DNA from: Mobula hypostoma
Taxonomy: Eukaryota
Assembly (NCBI RefSeq): GCF_963921235.1
Contig: NC_086108.1
Coordinates: 37,388,001 to 37,452,000 of the forward strand
Reading direction: 5' to 3'
Length of the DNA stretch: 64,000 nucleotides
Shown one piece after another: positions 1 to 11,934 of the stretch. How positions within the stretch are numbered: position 1 is the stretch's first letter; each line of letters begins with the position of its first letter. Made by a program: the position numbers and the translations under genes. The notes below the pieces were generated by a model. It saw only the letters and a list, made by a program, of their open reading frames with translations. It had not been told where the DNA came from and searched no databases.

Positions 1-514
1 TTCATCCCTCAGGGGCATGAACACTGGAATCCAGCCCATTTCTCAAGTCACTTTGTAAAACCTACCACTGACTCAGCTTTATCTGAACCTTTTTTTACAA
101 GGCTCATTGATAAATTGTATTTATGAAGTAACATGGATATGATTACCATGTTACAGATGTTCTATTTTATATACACACACTATTATTGACATAGTGCAGA
201 CAAATTTGACAAGGTAATGACAAATACTCTGAATTTTTCCTGAGCTTCAGTTTGCATAGTTCTTTAATTTCCATTTGTACTGATGATTTTAGCCTTGAGC
301 ATGATTTTCTTGATTTTCAAGGACTTACAATGCTTTTTAGTGATGTGACCTTAATTTTCTTGGAACTTACAATGAAATAAATATTTCGTGTCAGCACAAA
401 ACTGGAAATGTATTTAAATGGAACACCTACTGCATCCCATTGTGTGAGATTTGCTATTCATTTGCTAGGATACCATCTATTTGGCTGTGATTTGTTCAGA
501 TCTGTATAGAGTTA

Positions 515-1330
515 AAAAATACACATGGACTAAGATGGTAACTGTCCTGTGCTATCACCAGTGGGATCATCAGTTGATTTGCCACCTGTCTTCAGGAGTT
601 TCAGCCCGCTTATGGTCAAGACTCCCTCGAGGTGGTGGGCCAGCAGTGCTAAAGCACCACCTCCCACCGGTGAGCTTAAAAACTTGGCATCTGCCTCTAT
701 CAGAGTTGTTGGTCACTTCCATCCAATAGAGAGTCTGCTCTTCAGGTGTCTATGCAACTACTGAAGGGTTTGCAAGATATGTATACACTGTCTGACTATC
801 TGCCCCTCTGGACATACTTGGTCCACACCCATGCTGGTCCTTTCTCTGCTGCCTCAGCTACAGCCCTGCTGGTTGACTTGATCTCTCTTCTAGTGAAGTC
901 AAGGTCATGCAGCCACTTCTGGAGAGTGAACACAATAAACCCACGGCAGCCTACTTCGAATGGATAGCATGAGACCTTCCACCCTCTGTCTCTGCACTCT
1001 GGTCTTAATTCTGCATACTTGGTTAACTTGCGCTCATGGGCTTCATCGATGTTGTCTTCCCAGGAGACTGTGAGTTCACCAATAACCACTTCTCTACTGG
1101 TGTCAGACCATACGATAACATCTGGATGCAATGTGGTGATAGCTATTTGCTCCGGGAAACAGCCTTTCCCATCCAGGTCGGCCTTGACACACCAATCATT
1201 GGCTGATGAAAGTATGCTTGATCGTGAGCCTGTGCTGTACACCCTTGACTTGGAGCCTTCTTTCACAAATGATATGCGATGTTCTGTGCAGCATAGTTAA
1301 AACTAAAGTGGAGGCTTTCTAACACGCTGA
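515..1330 (-). mobile_element. 5'-truncated restriction-like-endonuclease (RLE) non-LTR retrotransposon, HERO/NeSL-type: C-terminal RLE domain plus 3' UTR
   Basis: ORF 796-1266(-) has the PD-(D/E)xK-type RLE signature HPDVIVWSDTSREVVIGELTVSWE...ERKLTKY...PFEVGCRGF. Outer boundaries are approximate. Confidence 0.8.
561..635 (-). ncRNA. Candidate rearranged (non-circularly permuted) hammerhead ribozyme with a kink-turn, in the RLE element 3' UTR
   Basis: Minus strand reads CCACCU-CGA-GGGAGUC-UUGA-ccauaa-gcgggcu-GAAACUCCU-GAA-GA-C-AGGUGG-caaa-UCAA-CUGAUGA-ucccac. All three hammerhead core strands and their pairings are visible by eye. Confidence 0.55.
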
Positions 1331-1461
1331 GCATGAAGACTCACTATTAGCTACAGACCTTCAGCAGTTACTAAATTAAGTTTATGAAATGCGCATTAAC
1401 TAAAGAATCACATCAAACGAAGTTTGTCAAAACATTTGGTATGAAGTTTATTTGTTTATTT

Positions 1462-1703
1462 ATTGAGCTACAGCGCGGAATAGGCCTTTGAGCTACGCCA
1501 CCCAGCAAATCCCACAATTTAATGCTAGCCTAATCAGGAGACAGTTTACAATAACCAATTAACCTACCAACTGGTATCTCTTTGGACTGTGAGAGAAATC
1601 CAGAGCACCTAGACGAAACCTACGTGGTCATGGGGAGAAGATACAAACCCCTTACAGACAACAGCAGGTTGCTGGTAACGTAATGCCTTGTGCTTACCAC
1701 TAT
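1462..1703 (-). mobile_element. V-SINE/HE1-like SINE remnant
   Basis: Reverse complement contains the V-domain-like core gtctgtaaggggtttgtatcttctccccatgaccacgtaggtttcgtctaggtgctctggatttctctcacagtcc. Confidence 0.65.
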
Positions 1704-1719
1704 ACTATTAGATCAGAAG

Positions 1720-4700
1720 ACCGTAAGACATAGGAGCAGATTAGGCCATTTGGCCCATTGAGTCTGCTCCACCATTCAATCATAGCTGATACCTTTTGTC
1801 CTCTCCTCAACCCCATTTCCCCGTTTTCTCCCTGTAACCTATAATGCCATGTCCAATCAAGAACCTATTAATCTCTGCCTTAAAAACACCCAATGACCTG
1901 GCCTCCACAGCTGCATGTACTAACAAATTCCACAAATTCACCACTCTCTGGCTAAAGAAATTTCTCCGCATCTCTGTTTTAATTTGACACCCCCTATCCT
2001 GAGGCTATGCCCCCTTATCAAGGATGGGAGCTCAACGTTCAGGGATATTCAATATTCAATATTCAGGAGGGATAGACATGAAAGAAAAGGAGGTGGGCTG
2101 GCGTTGCTGGTTAAAGAGGAGATTAACGCAATAGAAAGGAAGGACATAAGCCGGGAAGATGTGGAATCGATATGGGTAGAGCTGCGTAACACTAAGGGGC
2201 AGAAAACGCTGGTGGGAGTTGTGTACAGGCCACCTAACAGTAGTAGTGAGGTCGGAGATGGTATTAAACAGGAAATTAGAAATGTGTGCAATAAAGGAAC
2301 AGCAGTTATAATGGGTGACTTCAATCTACATGTAGATTGGGTGAACCAAATTGATAGAGGTGCTGAGGAAGAGGAATTCTTGGAATGTATGTGGGATGGT
2401 TTTTTGAACCAACATGTCGAGGAACCAACTAGAGAGCAGGCTATTCTGGACTGGGTTTTGAGCAATGAGGAAGGGTTAATTAGCAATCTTGTCGTGAGAG
2501 GCCCCTTGGGTAAGAGTGACCATAATATGGTGGAATTCTTCATTAAGATGGAGAGTGACATAGTTAATTCAGAAACAAAGGTTCTGAACTTAAAGAGGGG
2601 TAACTTTGAAGGTATGAGACGTGAATTAGCTAAGATAGAATGGCAAATGACACTTAAAGGATTGACGGTGGATATGCAATGGCAAGCATTTAAAGGTTGC
2701 ATGGATGAACTACAACAATTGTTCATCCCAGTTTGGCAAAAGAATAAATCAAGGAAGGTAGTGCACCCGTGGCTGACAAGAGAAATTAGGGATAGTATCA
2801 ATTCCAAAGAAGAAGCATACAAATTAGCCAGAGAAAGTGGCTCACCTGAGGACTGGGAGAAATTCAGAGTTCAGCAGAGGAGGACAAAGGGCTTAATTAG
2901 GAAGGGGAAAAAAGATTATGAGAGAAAACTGGCAGGGAACATAAAAACTGACTGTAAAAGCTTTTATAGATATGTAAAAAGGAAAAGACTGGTAAAGACA
3001 AATGTAGGTCCCCTACAGACAGAAACAGGTGAATTGATTATGGGGAGCAAGGACATGGCAGACCAATTGAATAATTACTTTGGTTCTGTCTTCACTAAGG
3101 AGGACAAAAATAACCTTCCAGAAATAGTAGGGGACAGAGGGTCCAGTGAGATGGAGGAACTGAGCGAAATACATGTTAGTAGGGAAGTGGTGTTAGGTAA
3201 ATTGAAGGGATTGAAGGCAGATAAATCCCCAGGGCCAGATGGTCTGCATCCTAGAGTGCTTAAGGAAGTAGCCCAAGAAATAGTGGATGCATTAGTAATA
3301 ATTTTTCAAAACTCGTTAGATTCTGGACTAGTTCCTGATGACTGGAGGGTGGCTAATGTAACCCCACTTTTTAAAAAAGGAGGGAGAGAGAAACCAGGAA
3401 ATTATAGACCAGTTAGCCGAACGTCGGTGGTGGAGAAACTGCTGGAGTCAGTTATCAAAGATGTGATAACAGTACATTTGGAAAGCGGTGAAATCATCGG
3501 ACAAAGTCAGCATGGATTTGTGAAAGGAAAATCATGTCTGACGAATCTCACAGAATTTTTTGAGGATGTAACTAGTAGAGTGGATAGGGGAGAACCAGTG
3601 GATGTGGTATATTTGGATTTTCAAAAGGCTTTTGACAAGGTCCCACACAGGAGATTAGTGTGCAAACTTAAAGCACACGGTATTGGGGGTAAGGTATTGA
3701 TGTGGATAGAGAATTGGTTAGCAGACAGGAAGCAAAGAGTGGGAATAAACGGGACCTTTTCAGAATGGCAGGCGGTGACTAGTGGGGTACCGCAAGGCTC
3801 AGTGCTGGGACCCCAGTTGTTTACAATATATATTAATGACTTGGATGAGGGAATTAAATGCAGCATCTCCAAGTTTGCAGATGACACGAAGCTGGGTGGC
3901 AGTGTTAGCTGTGAGGAGGATGCTAAAAGGATGCAGAGTGACTTGGATAGGTTGGGTGAGTGGGCAAATTTATGGCAGATGCAATTTAATGTGGATAAGT
4001 GTGAAGTTATCCACTTTGGTGGCAAAAATAGGAAAACAGATTATTATCTGAATGGTGGCCGATTAGGAAAAGGGGAGGTGCAACGAGACCTGGGTGTCAT
4101 TGTACACCAGTCATTGAAAGTGGACATGCATGTACAGCAGGCGGTGAAAAAGGCGAATGGTATGCTGGCATTTATAGCGAGAGGATTCGAGTACAGGAGC
4201 AGGGAGGTACTACTGCAGTTGTACAAGGCCTTGGTGAGACCACACCTGGAGTATTGTGTGCAGTTTTGGTCCCCTAATCTGAGGAAAGACATCCTTGCCA
4301 TAGAGGGAGTACAAAGAAGGTTCACCAGATTGATTCCTGGGATGGCAGGACTTTCATATGAAGAAAGACTGGATGAACTGGGCTTGTACTCGTTGGAATT
4401 TAGAAGATTGAGGGGGGATCTGATTGAAACGTATAAAATCCTAAAGGGGTTGGACAGGCTAGATGCAAGAAGATTGTTCCCGATGTTGGGGAAGTCCAGA
4501 ACGAGGGGTCACAGTTTGAGGATAAAGGGGAAGCCTTTTAGGACCGAGATTAGGAAAAACTTCTTCACACAAAGAGTGGTGAATCTGTGGAATTCTCTGC
4601 CACAGCAAACAGTTGAGGCCAGTTCATTGGCTATATTTAAGAGGGAGTTAAATATGGCCCTTGTGGCTACAGGGATCAGGGGGTATGGAGGGAAGGCTGG

Positions 4701-7090
4701 GGCAGGGTTCTGAGTTGGATGATCAGCCATGATCATAATAAATGGCGGTGCAGGCTCGAAGGGCCAAATGGCCTACTCCTGCACCTATTTTCTATGTTTC
4801 TATGTTTCTATGTCCGAGACTCCCCCACCGTGGAAACATCCTTACCTCACCTACTCTGTCTAGGCCTTTCAATATTAGAAAGTTTTCAATGAAATCCCCC
4901 TCATCCTTCTGAATTCCAGCGAGTACAGACCCAGAGCTATCAAACGTTCTTCGTATGATAACCCTTTCATTCCTGGAATCATCTTCGTGAATCTCCTCTG
5001 GACCCTCTCCAATGCCAGCACATCTTTTCTCAGATGAGGAGCCCAAAACTCTGCACAGTACTCAAGGTAAGGCCTCACCAGTGCCTTATAAAGCCTTAGT
5101 ATCACATCACTGCTCTTGTATTCAAGACCTTTTGAAATGAATGCTAACATTGCATTTGCCTTCCTCACCACTGACTCATCCTGCAAGTTAACCTTTAGGG
5201 TCTTCTGCGCAAGGACTCCCAAATCCCCTTGCATCTCAGAATTTTGGCTTTTCCCCCTGTTGAGAAAATATCTGTACATTTATTTTTGCTACCAAAGTAT
5301 ATGACCATGCATTTTCCAACATTGTATTTCATTCTTATCCATTCCCTAATCTGTCTAAGTCCTTCTGCAGCCTACCTGCCCCTCCACCAATCTTCGTATC
5401 ATCTGCAAACCTGGCAACAAAGCCATCTATTCCCTCATCTAAATCATTGATATACAGCATAAAAAGAAATGTTCCCAACATCTCCCCTGCAGAACACCAC
5501 TAGTCACTGGCAACCAACCAGAAAATGATCCTTTTATTTCCACTCGCTGCCTCCTACCAATCAGCCAATGCTCTAACCATGTTAGTAACTTTCCTGTAAT
5601 ACCATGGGCTCTTAACTTGGTAAGCAGCCTCATGTGTGACACCTTGTCAAAGGCCTTCTGGAAGTCCAAATATACAACATCCATTGAATCCTCTTTATCT
5701 ATCCTACTTATAATCTCCTCCAAGAATTCCAACAGATTCATCAAGCAAGATTTTCACTTAAGGAAACCATGCTGACTTTGTCCTATCTTGTCCTGTGTCA
5801 CCAAATACACCATAACTTCATCCTTAACAATTGACTCTAACATCTTCCCAACCACTGATGTCAGGCCAACTTGTCTATAGTTTCCTTTCTGCTGCCTTCC
5901 TCCTTTCTTAAATAGTGGAGTGACATTTGCATTTTTCCAGTCCGCTGGCATCATGCCAGAGTCCAATGATTTTTGAAAGATCATTACTAATGCCTCCACA
6001 ATCTCTACTGCTATTTCTTTCAGAACCCTAGGGTTCAGTTCATCTTGTCCAGATGACTTATGCACCCTTAGGTCTTTCAGCTTTTTGAGCACCTTCTCCC
6101 TTGTAATAGTAACTGCACTCACTTCTCTTCCTTCACAAACTACAACAACTGGCATATTGCTAGTGTCTTCCACAGTGAAGATTGATGCAAGATACTCATG
6201 TAGTTCATCTGCCATCTCATTGCCCCATTACTATTTCTCCAGCTTCATTTTCTCATGGTCCTATATCCACTCTTGTCTCTCTTTCATTTTTACATACTTG
6301 AAAAAGCTTTTACTATCCACTTTGATAATGCTTGCTTGCTTACTTTCATATTTCATCTTTTCCCTTCTAATGATTCTTTTAGTTACTCTTTGTAGGTTTT
6401 TAAATGCTTCCCAATCCTTTATCTTCCCATTAATTTTTGCTTTGTTGTATGCCCTTTCTTTTGCTTTTACATTAGATTTGTCTTCCCTTATCAGTCACAG
6501 TTATAATATTTTGCCATTTGTGTATTTCTTCATTTTTGGAATACCTCTATCCTGCACCTTCCTCATTTTTCCCAGAAATTCACACCATTTCTGCTCTGCT
6601 GTCATCCCTGCCAGTATCTCCTTCCGGTTTACTTTAGCCAACACCTCTTCTCATACCACTGTAATTTCCTTTACTCCACTGAAATATTGCTACATCAGTC
6701 TTTACTTTCTCCCTATCAAATTTCAAGTTGAATTCAATCACATGGTGATCACTGCCTCCTAAGGGTTCTTTTATCTTAAGCTCCCTGATCACTATTTATC
6801 ACCCATATTACCTGTTCATTTCATATCACCCTGTCCAATATAGCTGATCCCCAAATAGGCTCAACGACAAGCTGCTCTAAAAAGCCATCTCATAGGCATT
6901 CAATAAGCTCACCTTCTCAAGAGCCATTTCCAACCAGATTTTCCCAATGGTTAAAATCTCCCATGACTATCATAACATTATTTTTGTGACTGTTGTAATC
7001 TGTGGTCCGCATCCCAGCTACAGTTGGGAGGCCTGTAGGTTTCAGCCATCAGGTTTCTTTTACCCTTGCAACTTCTTAAGTCAGCCCACA
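1720..7090 (-). mobile_element. Older degraded CR1 LINE (ORF2 EN/RT to 3' UTR), split by a younger CR1 at 2017-4811
   Basis: Frameshifted ORF2 pieces at 4875-5279, 5439-5744 (YLDFQKAFDKV) and 5754-6215. The 3' portion continues at 1720-2016 (...gctatgccccctt | gtccgagactccccc...). Confidence 0.9.
2017..4811 (+). mobile_element. Young 5'-truncated CR1 LINE with uninterrupted ORF2 (partial APE endonuclease + RT) and (TTTCTATG)n tail
   Basis: Open frame to 4713 with GDFN and SDHN (EN), YLDFQKAFDKV, GVPQGSVLGP and FADD (RT), followed by a 3' UTR and the tail ttttctatgtttctatgtttctatg. Confidence 0.95.
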
Positions 7091-8359
7091 AGCTCTCTAA
7101 ATTCTCTCTTCAGTACCTCATTTCTTTTCCTTCCTATGTCATTGGTACCAATATGTACCAATACCTACTATTGTGCCACCTTTGCCTGAACTTGAATTTG
7201 AAATACCAGCAATTTTTACTGAGTGGTAACTAAATTTTTATTCTGGATTCTGAATAATACTATTCTGAAGCAATTTTTATTTTTGGATTTTAATATGCTC
7301 CATGAGTTTTATTAATCCTGGCACTCTACAAATAAGTTTACTGTTAACTTTTATTTGCACTGTATCTGCTGAATTAATGAATAATTCTTTCACATTGTCT
7401 TGATTTTTGTCTGTTATTTGCTTTATAATTATTATAAAACATGAAAGCATTTTTACACTCAAAACCTGTGATGGGAAAAATTGTTTTCAAGTGACAGATG
7501 GAGGCCACTGATGAGAAAGGCAAACACTGCATTTAGCAGGACAGCTATCCAAGAAGAAAACAAACTCCCAAGAGAAGCAAAGGATCAGGTTATATGTTGG
7601 TATTGAAAATTAAGAAGTGCAACGTACTGCCCTCAGTTGCTGTCTATTTGGAATTTCTATCTTCATCACGATGTGGATTTCCTCCTGAATCACCAGTTCA
7701 CTTCCACATCCCAAGGACATGCTGTTAAGTTAATTTGATATTGTAGCTTGAAACTTTCATAGGGAAATAATGAAAGAATCAAAAGTGAATGGATGAACAT
7801 GTACTGTATGAGAAAAATAAGCTGTAAGGGTACAGGAAAATAAGAAGTGATGGAATAAGATTTCAGCTCATTTCTATAGTGCTTACAGCTAATTAAATCT
7901 TTTCAATGAGCTGCATTGCATTAATATTGGGTAGTACTGAGAACTAAATAGCAGAACAAGTGCACATGTCTCCCTCTGTCTGCCTACTTAGCACCGCCTG
8001 CACTTTCTGTGAAAGAGTCTTCACATCCCATATTAGCCCATGAGTCCTCTCAGAGCCACAGATCAGGAGTTGGAAGCAAGTCATCCTCAATCATGAGAGA
8101 TGCTTAAGAAAAAGAAATAGAAGAAAAGTACAATGACTATTGTGCTTACTCTAAGCTCCCACAAAGAGGAGTGTAATAGAAGTGTTACTTATGATGGAAA
8201 TCAGTCCTTTGACCCATTGTGCCCATGCAAGCTATCAAGTGTCTTTCTATACTCCTACCATTTTCTAGTTGCATGGCCTGTAGACTTCAATGCCTTGCTA
8301 TTTGTGGCACTACTCTTATGAACACAGCTGGCTACCTCAATTAAATAGAGAGAAACACC

Positions 8360-8695
8360 CTTTAGTTCAAAGTTCATTCATTATCAAAGTAGGAATATGT
8401 CACCAGACACTACCCTGATTTTTTTCTTGTAGTCATTCACAGGAGAACAAAGAAATACGATAGAATCAATGAAAACACAAAGTCTAACACATGTGAATAC
8501 AAAAAGAAACAAGTAATAATAATAACAGTAATTATAATAATTATTATTAATAATTAAATGCATAAATAAATAATTAATTAAGACTGAGAACCTGAGTTGT
8601 AGTCTCCTTGAAAGTGAGTCCAAAGGTTGTTTTCAATGATCAGTTCAGTTTTGTGGTGAGTGAAGATGTCCATGCTGGTTCAGGAGCCTGAAAAG
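8360..8695 (-). mobile_element. Rex1/Babar-type LINE 3' end fragment
   Basis: Similar to 18780-19040 (caaagt...ttattatcaaagta...tcacca tail; gagtgaag...ctggttcaggagcctga). Confidence 0.55.
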
Positions 8696-10606
8696 GCATA
8701 CTGACCAGCTCTGATTAACCTTTGCCTTTCCAAATGCAGATTGGATATCTCCCTCTGATCTTTTTCCAATCATTTCTCTGCTACTGGTGTTAGATACACT
8801 GGCCTGTAAACACTTTGCTTATCCCCACTGCCCTTCTTCAATAAAAGCACCATTTTTGCCAGTGAGAAATTGTGAATTCAAATCCTGTCCACTTCCGCTC
8901 TTCTTTGCCCAGCTAAGCACAAGTATCATGCAATAGTCTACGTGGCTATTACAAAGGCCTTTTGATTTATCTGATTCAAAAATGACGTATTTTCTTTTTC
9001 ATTTTAATCCAGGGTTGCAGTTAACTTGATAGTTAATTGTTCATTAGGCCTAAATTAAAATCAGTTTTGAACTGTTTTAAAAATGTTGCGTGAGGAATTG
9101 GTATTGGAAGATAACACTGGAAATAATTGTTGTTGAGTTAGAGGGTGCAGATGCAGTCATGGTTTAGCATCTTATCTGAAGGACCTTGGCCTGCAGCACT
9201 TCCACAGTACTGCATTGGACTACAAACCTCGATTTTTCAGAAGAATAAAATGGTTTCTTTAAGTAACTACATTTGTAGGATGTGTGATTACCAACACTGT
9301 AAATCTTTAGGGGAGATGAGCAATTATTCCTACAGATTCTGTTTCCTTTGATGGCTAAGGATTCACAGCAGTTACGGCAAGGTGAAAACTCATCAGGCCT
9401 TCTGTTGGCATTGCTGTTGGAAGTTCAAGAATCAGTTTCCTTGACGAGAGTGAACTCTGCTTAGAATTTATAATGAATTTCACATCAATGTCAAAGACAC
9501 AAGGAAAGAATAAATAAAACTAATCAAGAATCTTGTGAAGCAGGTTGAAGACCAAGTGAAGGAAGAAATGCATTTATGCTGCATGATTACATTTTGATCA
9601 TTCCGGTATAACTAGCTGAAGGTGAAAGGTCAGTGATAATGTGCAGATTTGAAAATACAAATACTTGCTCCAGTCAAGTGCAAAAATTACGCGTGTAGCT
9701 GGTTTGACAACTAGCTGAAACATCATGAAATTAAAAACATTTCATAGCGTGAACACTAGAAAATTTGACAAGCTATTTTGTCTTGTATTTTTGTTTGAAT
9801 GAAAATTACTATTATTTCTTATTCGGTAAGATTTTAAAGAAGGCCAAATAAACACCCTAGTCAGCTGTGGACCTGGATGAAAATAAAAAAGAAAAAAATA
9901 ATTTCTGAATAGATTAAAAATATCTTTGTAATGGCCATCTAGATTGTTGTATGATGCCTGTGCTCAGCTGGGTAAGAGAATGCGGACATGGTCAGAACGG
10001 ATTTGAATTCACATGGTCAAAATGCACAATAGGAGCCTGAAAGTTTGAAGATTGCATGTCCTACACTCTGCTTTGGTGTGGTAAATTTCAGAGAGGGGAA
10101 TTCCTGATACATGCTACCTTAGGAGGCAACGAGATTGGCAGAAAGAGTGGGTAATTGTCTTCTGAGGGAAAAAAAATAAACAATATGGGTCTTTTCTCAA
10201 ATGAGTTTAGAAGCATTAGAAGTGACCAGATTGAACTATACGAGATACTTAAGAAGATTAGCAAGGCATATCTCGGACTGGTTGGTTTGACTAATGGTAA
10301 ATGCTAGGAGAGATAGGGAGCTAGTCCATAAAGCTGATAAGCTGATGCTGCTATTTACATTGGCTACCATAGCGCCAAAGCTGGAATCATTGATTTTGTG
10401 CAAACAAGCATAGTTGGAAAATACAACTGATACAGTAGAAGGGAGGCATGTCTGTCCATCTGTGGCTGAGCTAGAGTTAATGAACTTTGTCACATTCCTG
10501 CTCTCTTTTCCCCATTTTCCTTTGTGGTCATATCAAAAGAGCTTTATGTGCTGTTGGTACATCTGATTCCTTTATTATTCCTAAGGGAAAACATTACTCA
10601 TAGAGT

Positions 10607-11463
10607 TGTAATGCCCTGGTTAAGATTTCCACTGCTATGCTGTAGGTATTTAATTTTAGCAATTTTATGCAAAATCAGTGTGTCCTACTGATAGAATATT
10701 TTAGTTTCAGCTAAAGATAAAAAGCCCTGCTGTTCAACTTAGGAATGTTGTATCAGCCAGTCAGAATGGTGGGATCTGGAGTAAGTTCGAGAGAAAGTGG
10801 GGTGGAGAGAGATTTGTGATGGACAGTAGTCCAGTTTGGGGTCTTCTGGTGGGAGCTGCAGAATGGGACAGAAGGGAAGATGCTGCAGAATATCATTAGA
10901 AAGAGAGTCCCATTTCAAGAAGTGTTTTGTGCAGATGAATAGTTCCAAGGAGGAAGATCAATACTCCTGAGAGCGAGAGAGAGCCAATTTGTTCAAGATG
11001 GTCTTCAAGGAGAGTTCAAAAATGTGGTGGGTGTTTTCTTGCAGACCAAGGGTCCAGCGTGTGAGTAAGAGATACACCCCTGTATAACCAGCTTTGGAAG
11101 AGACGAGCTCCAACTGTTATGTGCACATTGGATTGGTTTAACTGTAATGGGTTCTTTTCTTTACTTTTTCCTGTTAACTGTTTAATAAAGCTGAAATTGG
11201 TAAATATACCTTTTATAATTTCATGCAGTGTACAATCTGTTGGTTCTTGCCGATCAATAACCGTGTATGGGCTGTACTTACACAGCATTCTCTCAAATCG
11301 AGGTTTCTTTTAATGAAACATCACGACATTCCTGCTTAGTTGAACTCCAAATCATACCAGATCTAGACGTATATTGTTTATGAAAGGTGGCCTTCTCCCT
11401 GTCGAGTCACATGGCTGTTTGCCGAGTTACCTATTGAGCCAAGTTTGTGGTGAGAGGGTTTCA
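10607..11463 (+). mobile_element. Solo LTR (Gypsy-type) with 4-bp TSD GAGT
   Basis: Starts TGTAATGCCCTGG and ends GGTTTCA. GAGT lies at 10603-10606 and 11464-11467, with an internal AATAAA. A homologous inverted copy is at 31857-32723. Confidence 0.85.
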
Positions 11464-11934
11464 GAGTCATAGGGTTAAACATCATTTGAATGGGCCCTTC
11501 AGCCCAACACATCAATGCTGACCATGGTGCCCAAAAGCTAGTCCCATTTGCCTTTTTGGCTCATATCCCCCTAACCTTGCTCTCTCCCAATAAGAGCTCC
11601 TTGTGTCCTCTGCTGGATTCCTTGCATTCCCTTCAGGCATCCCTATATCGGTTGCTGAAGCACTGTAAAATACACTGATGGACCTTCAGTGGCAGCAGGC
11701 TTTGTGCCTCACCCCCGTAGGGAGGATGTTATTGCATCCCTCTTCCCTATAAATAGTGTGAGTGACTTGAGTGCGGGATAGAAGTGTGTGAGGTGTGGCC
11801 ACATGTCAGTTTGCCTGAATGTGTGTGTGTGAGTGAAGGTTTAAGTGGCTGTGTGAATCTATTCCTCTGATTTCAATTTTTATGACAGACAATTTGTTCA
11901 TCTGCATTAGTGGTATGTTTTCAAACTAAAAGAA

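Noticed and set aside
1984..4713. 909-aa ORF as a host gene or complete autonomous ORF2
   Set aside because: It is CR1 ORF2. The start is an artefact of flanking antisense CR1 sequence, the endonuclease N-terminus is truncated and ORF1 is absent.
2049..6762. Long antisense ORFs (2049-2822, 3621-4025, 6085-6762) that look like membrane proteins
   Set aside because: They are shadow frames on the opposite strand of purine-rich CR1 coding sequence.
9337..9465. Possible plus-strand exon after ttcctacag (ILFPLMAKDSQQ...)
   Set aside because: No recognisable protein and no supporting neighbouring exons.
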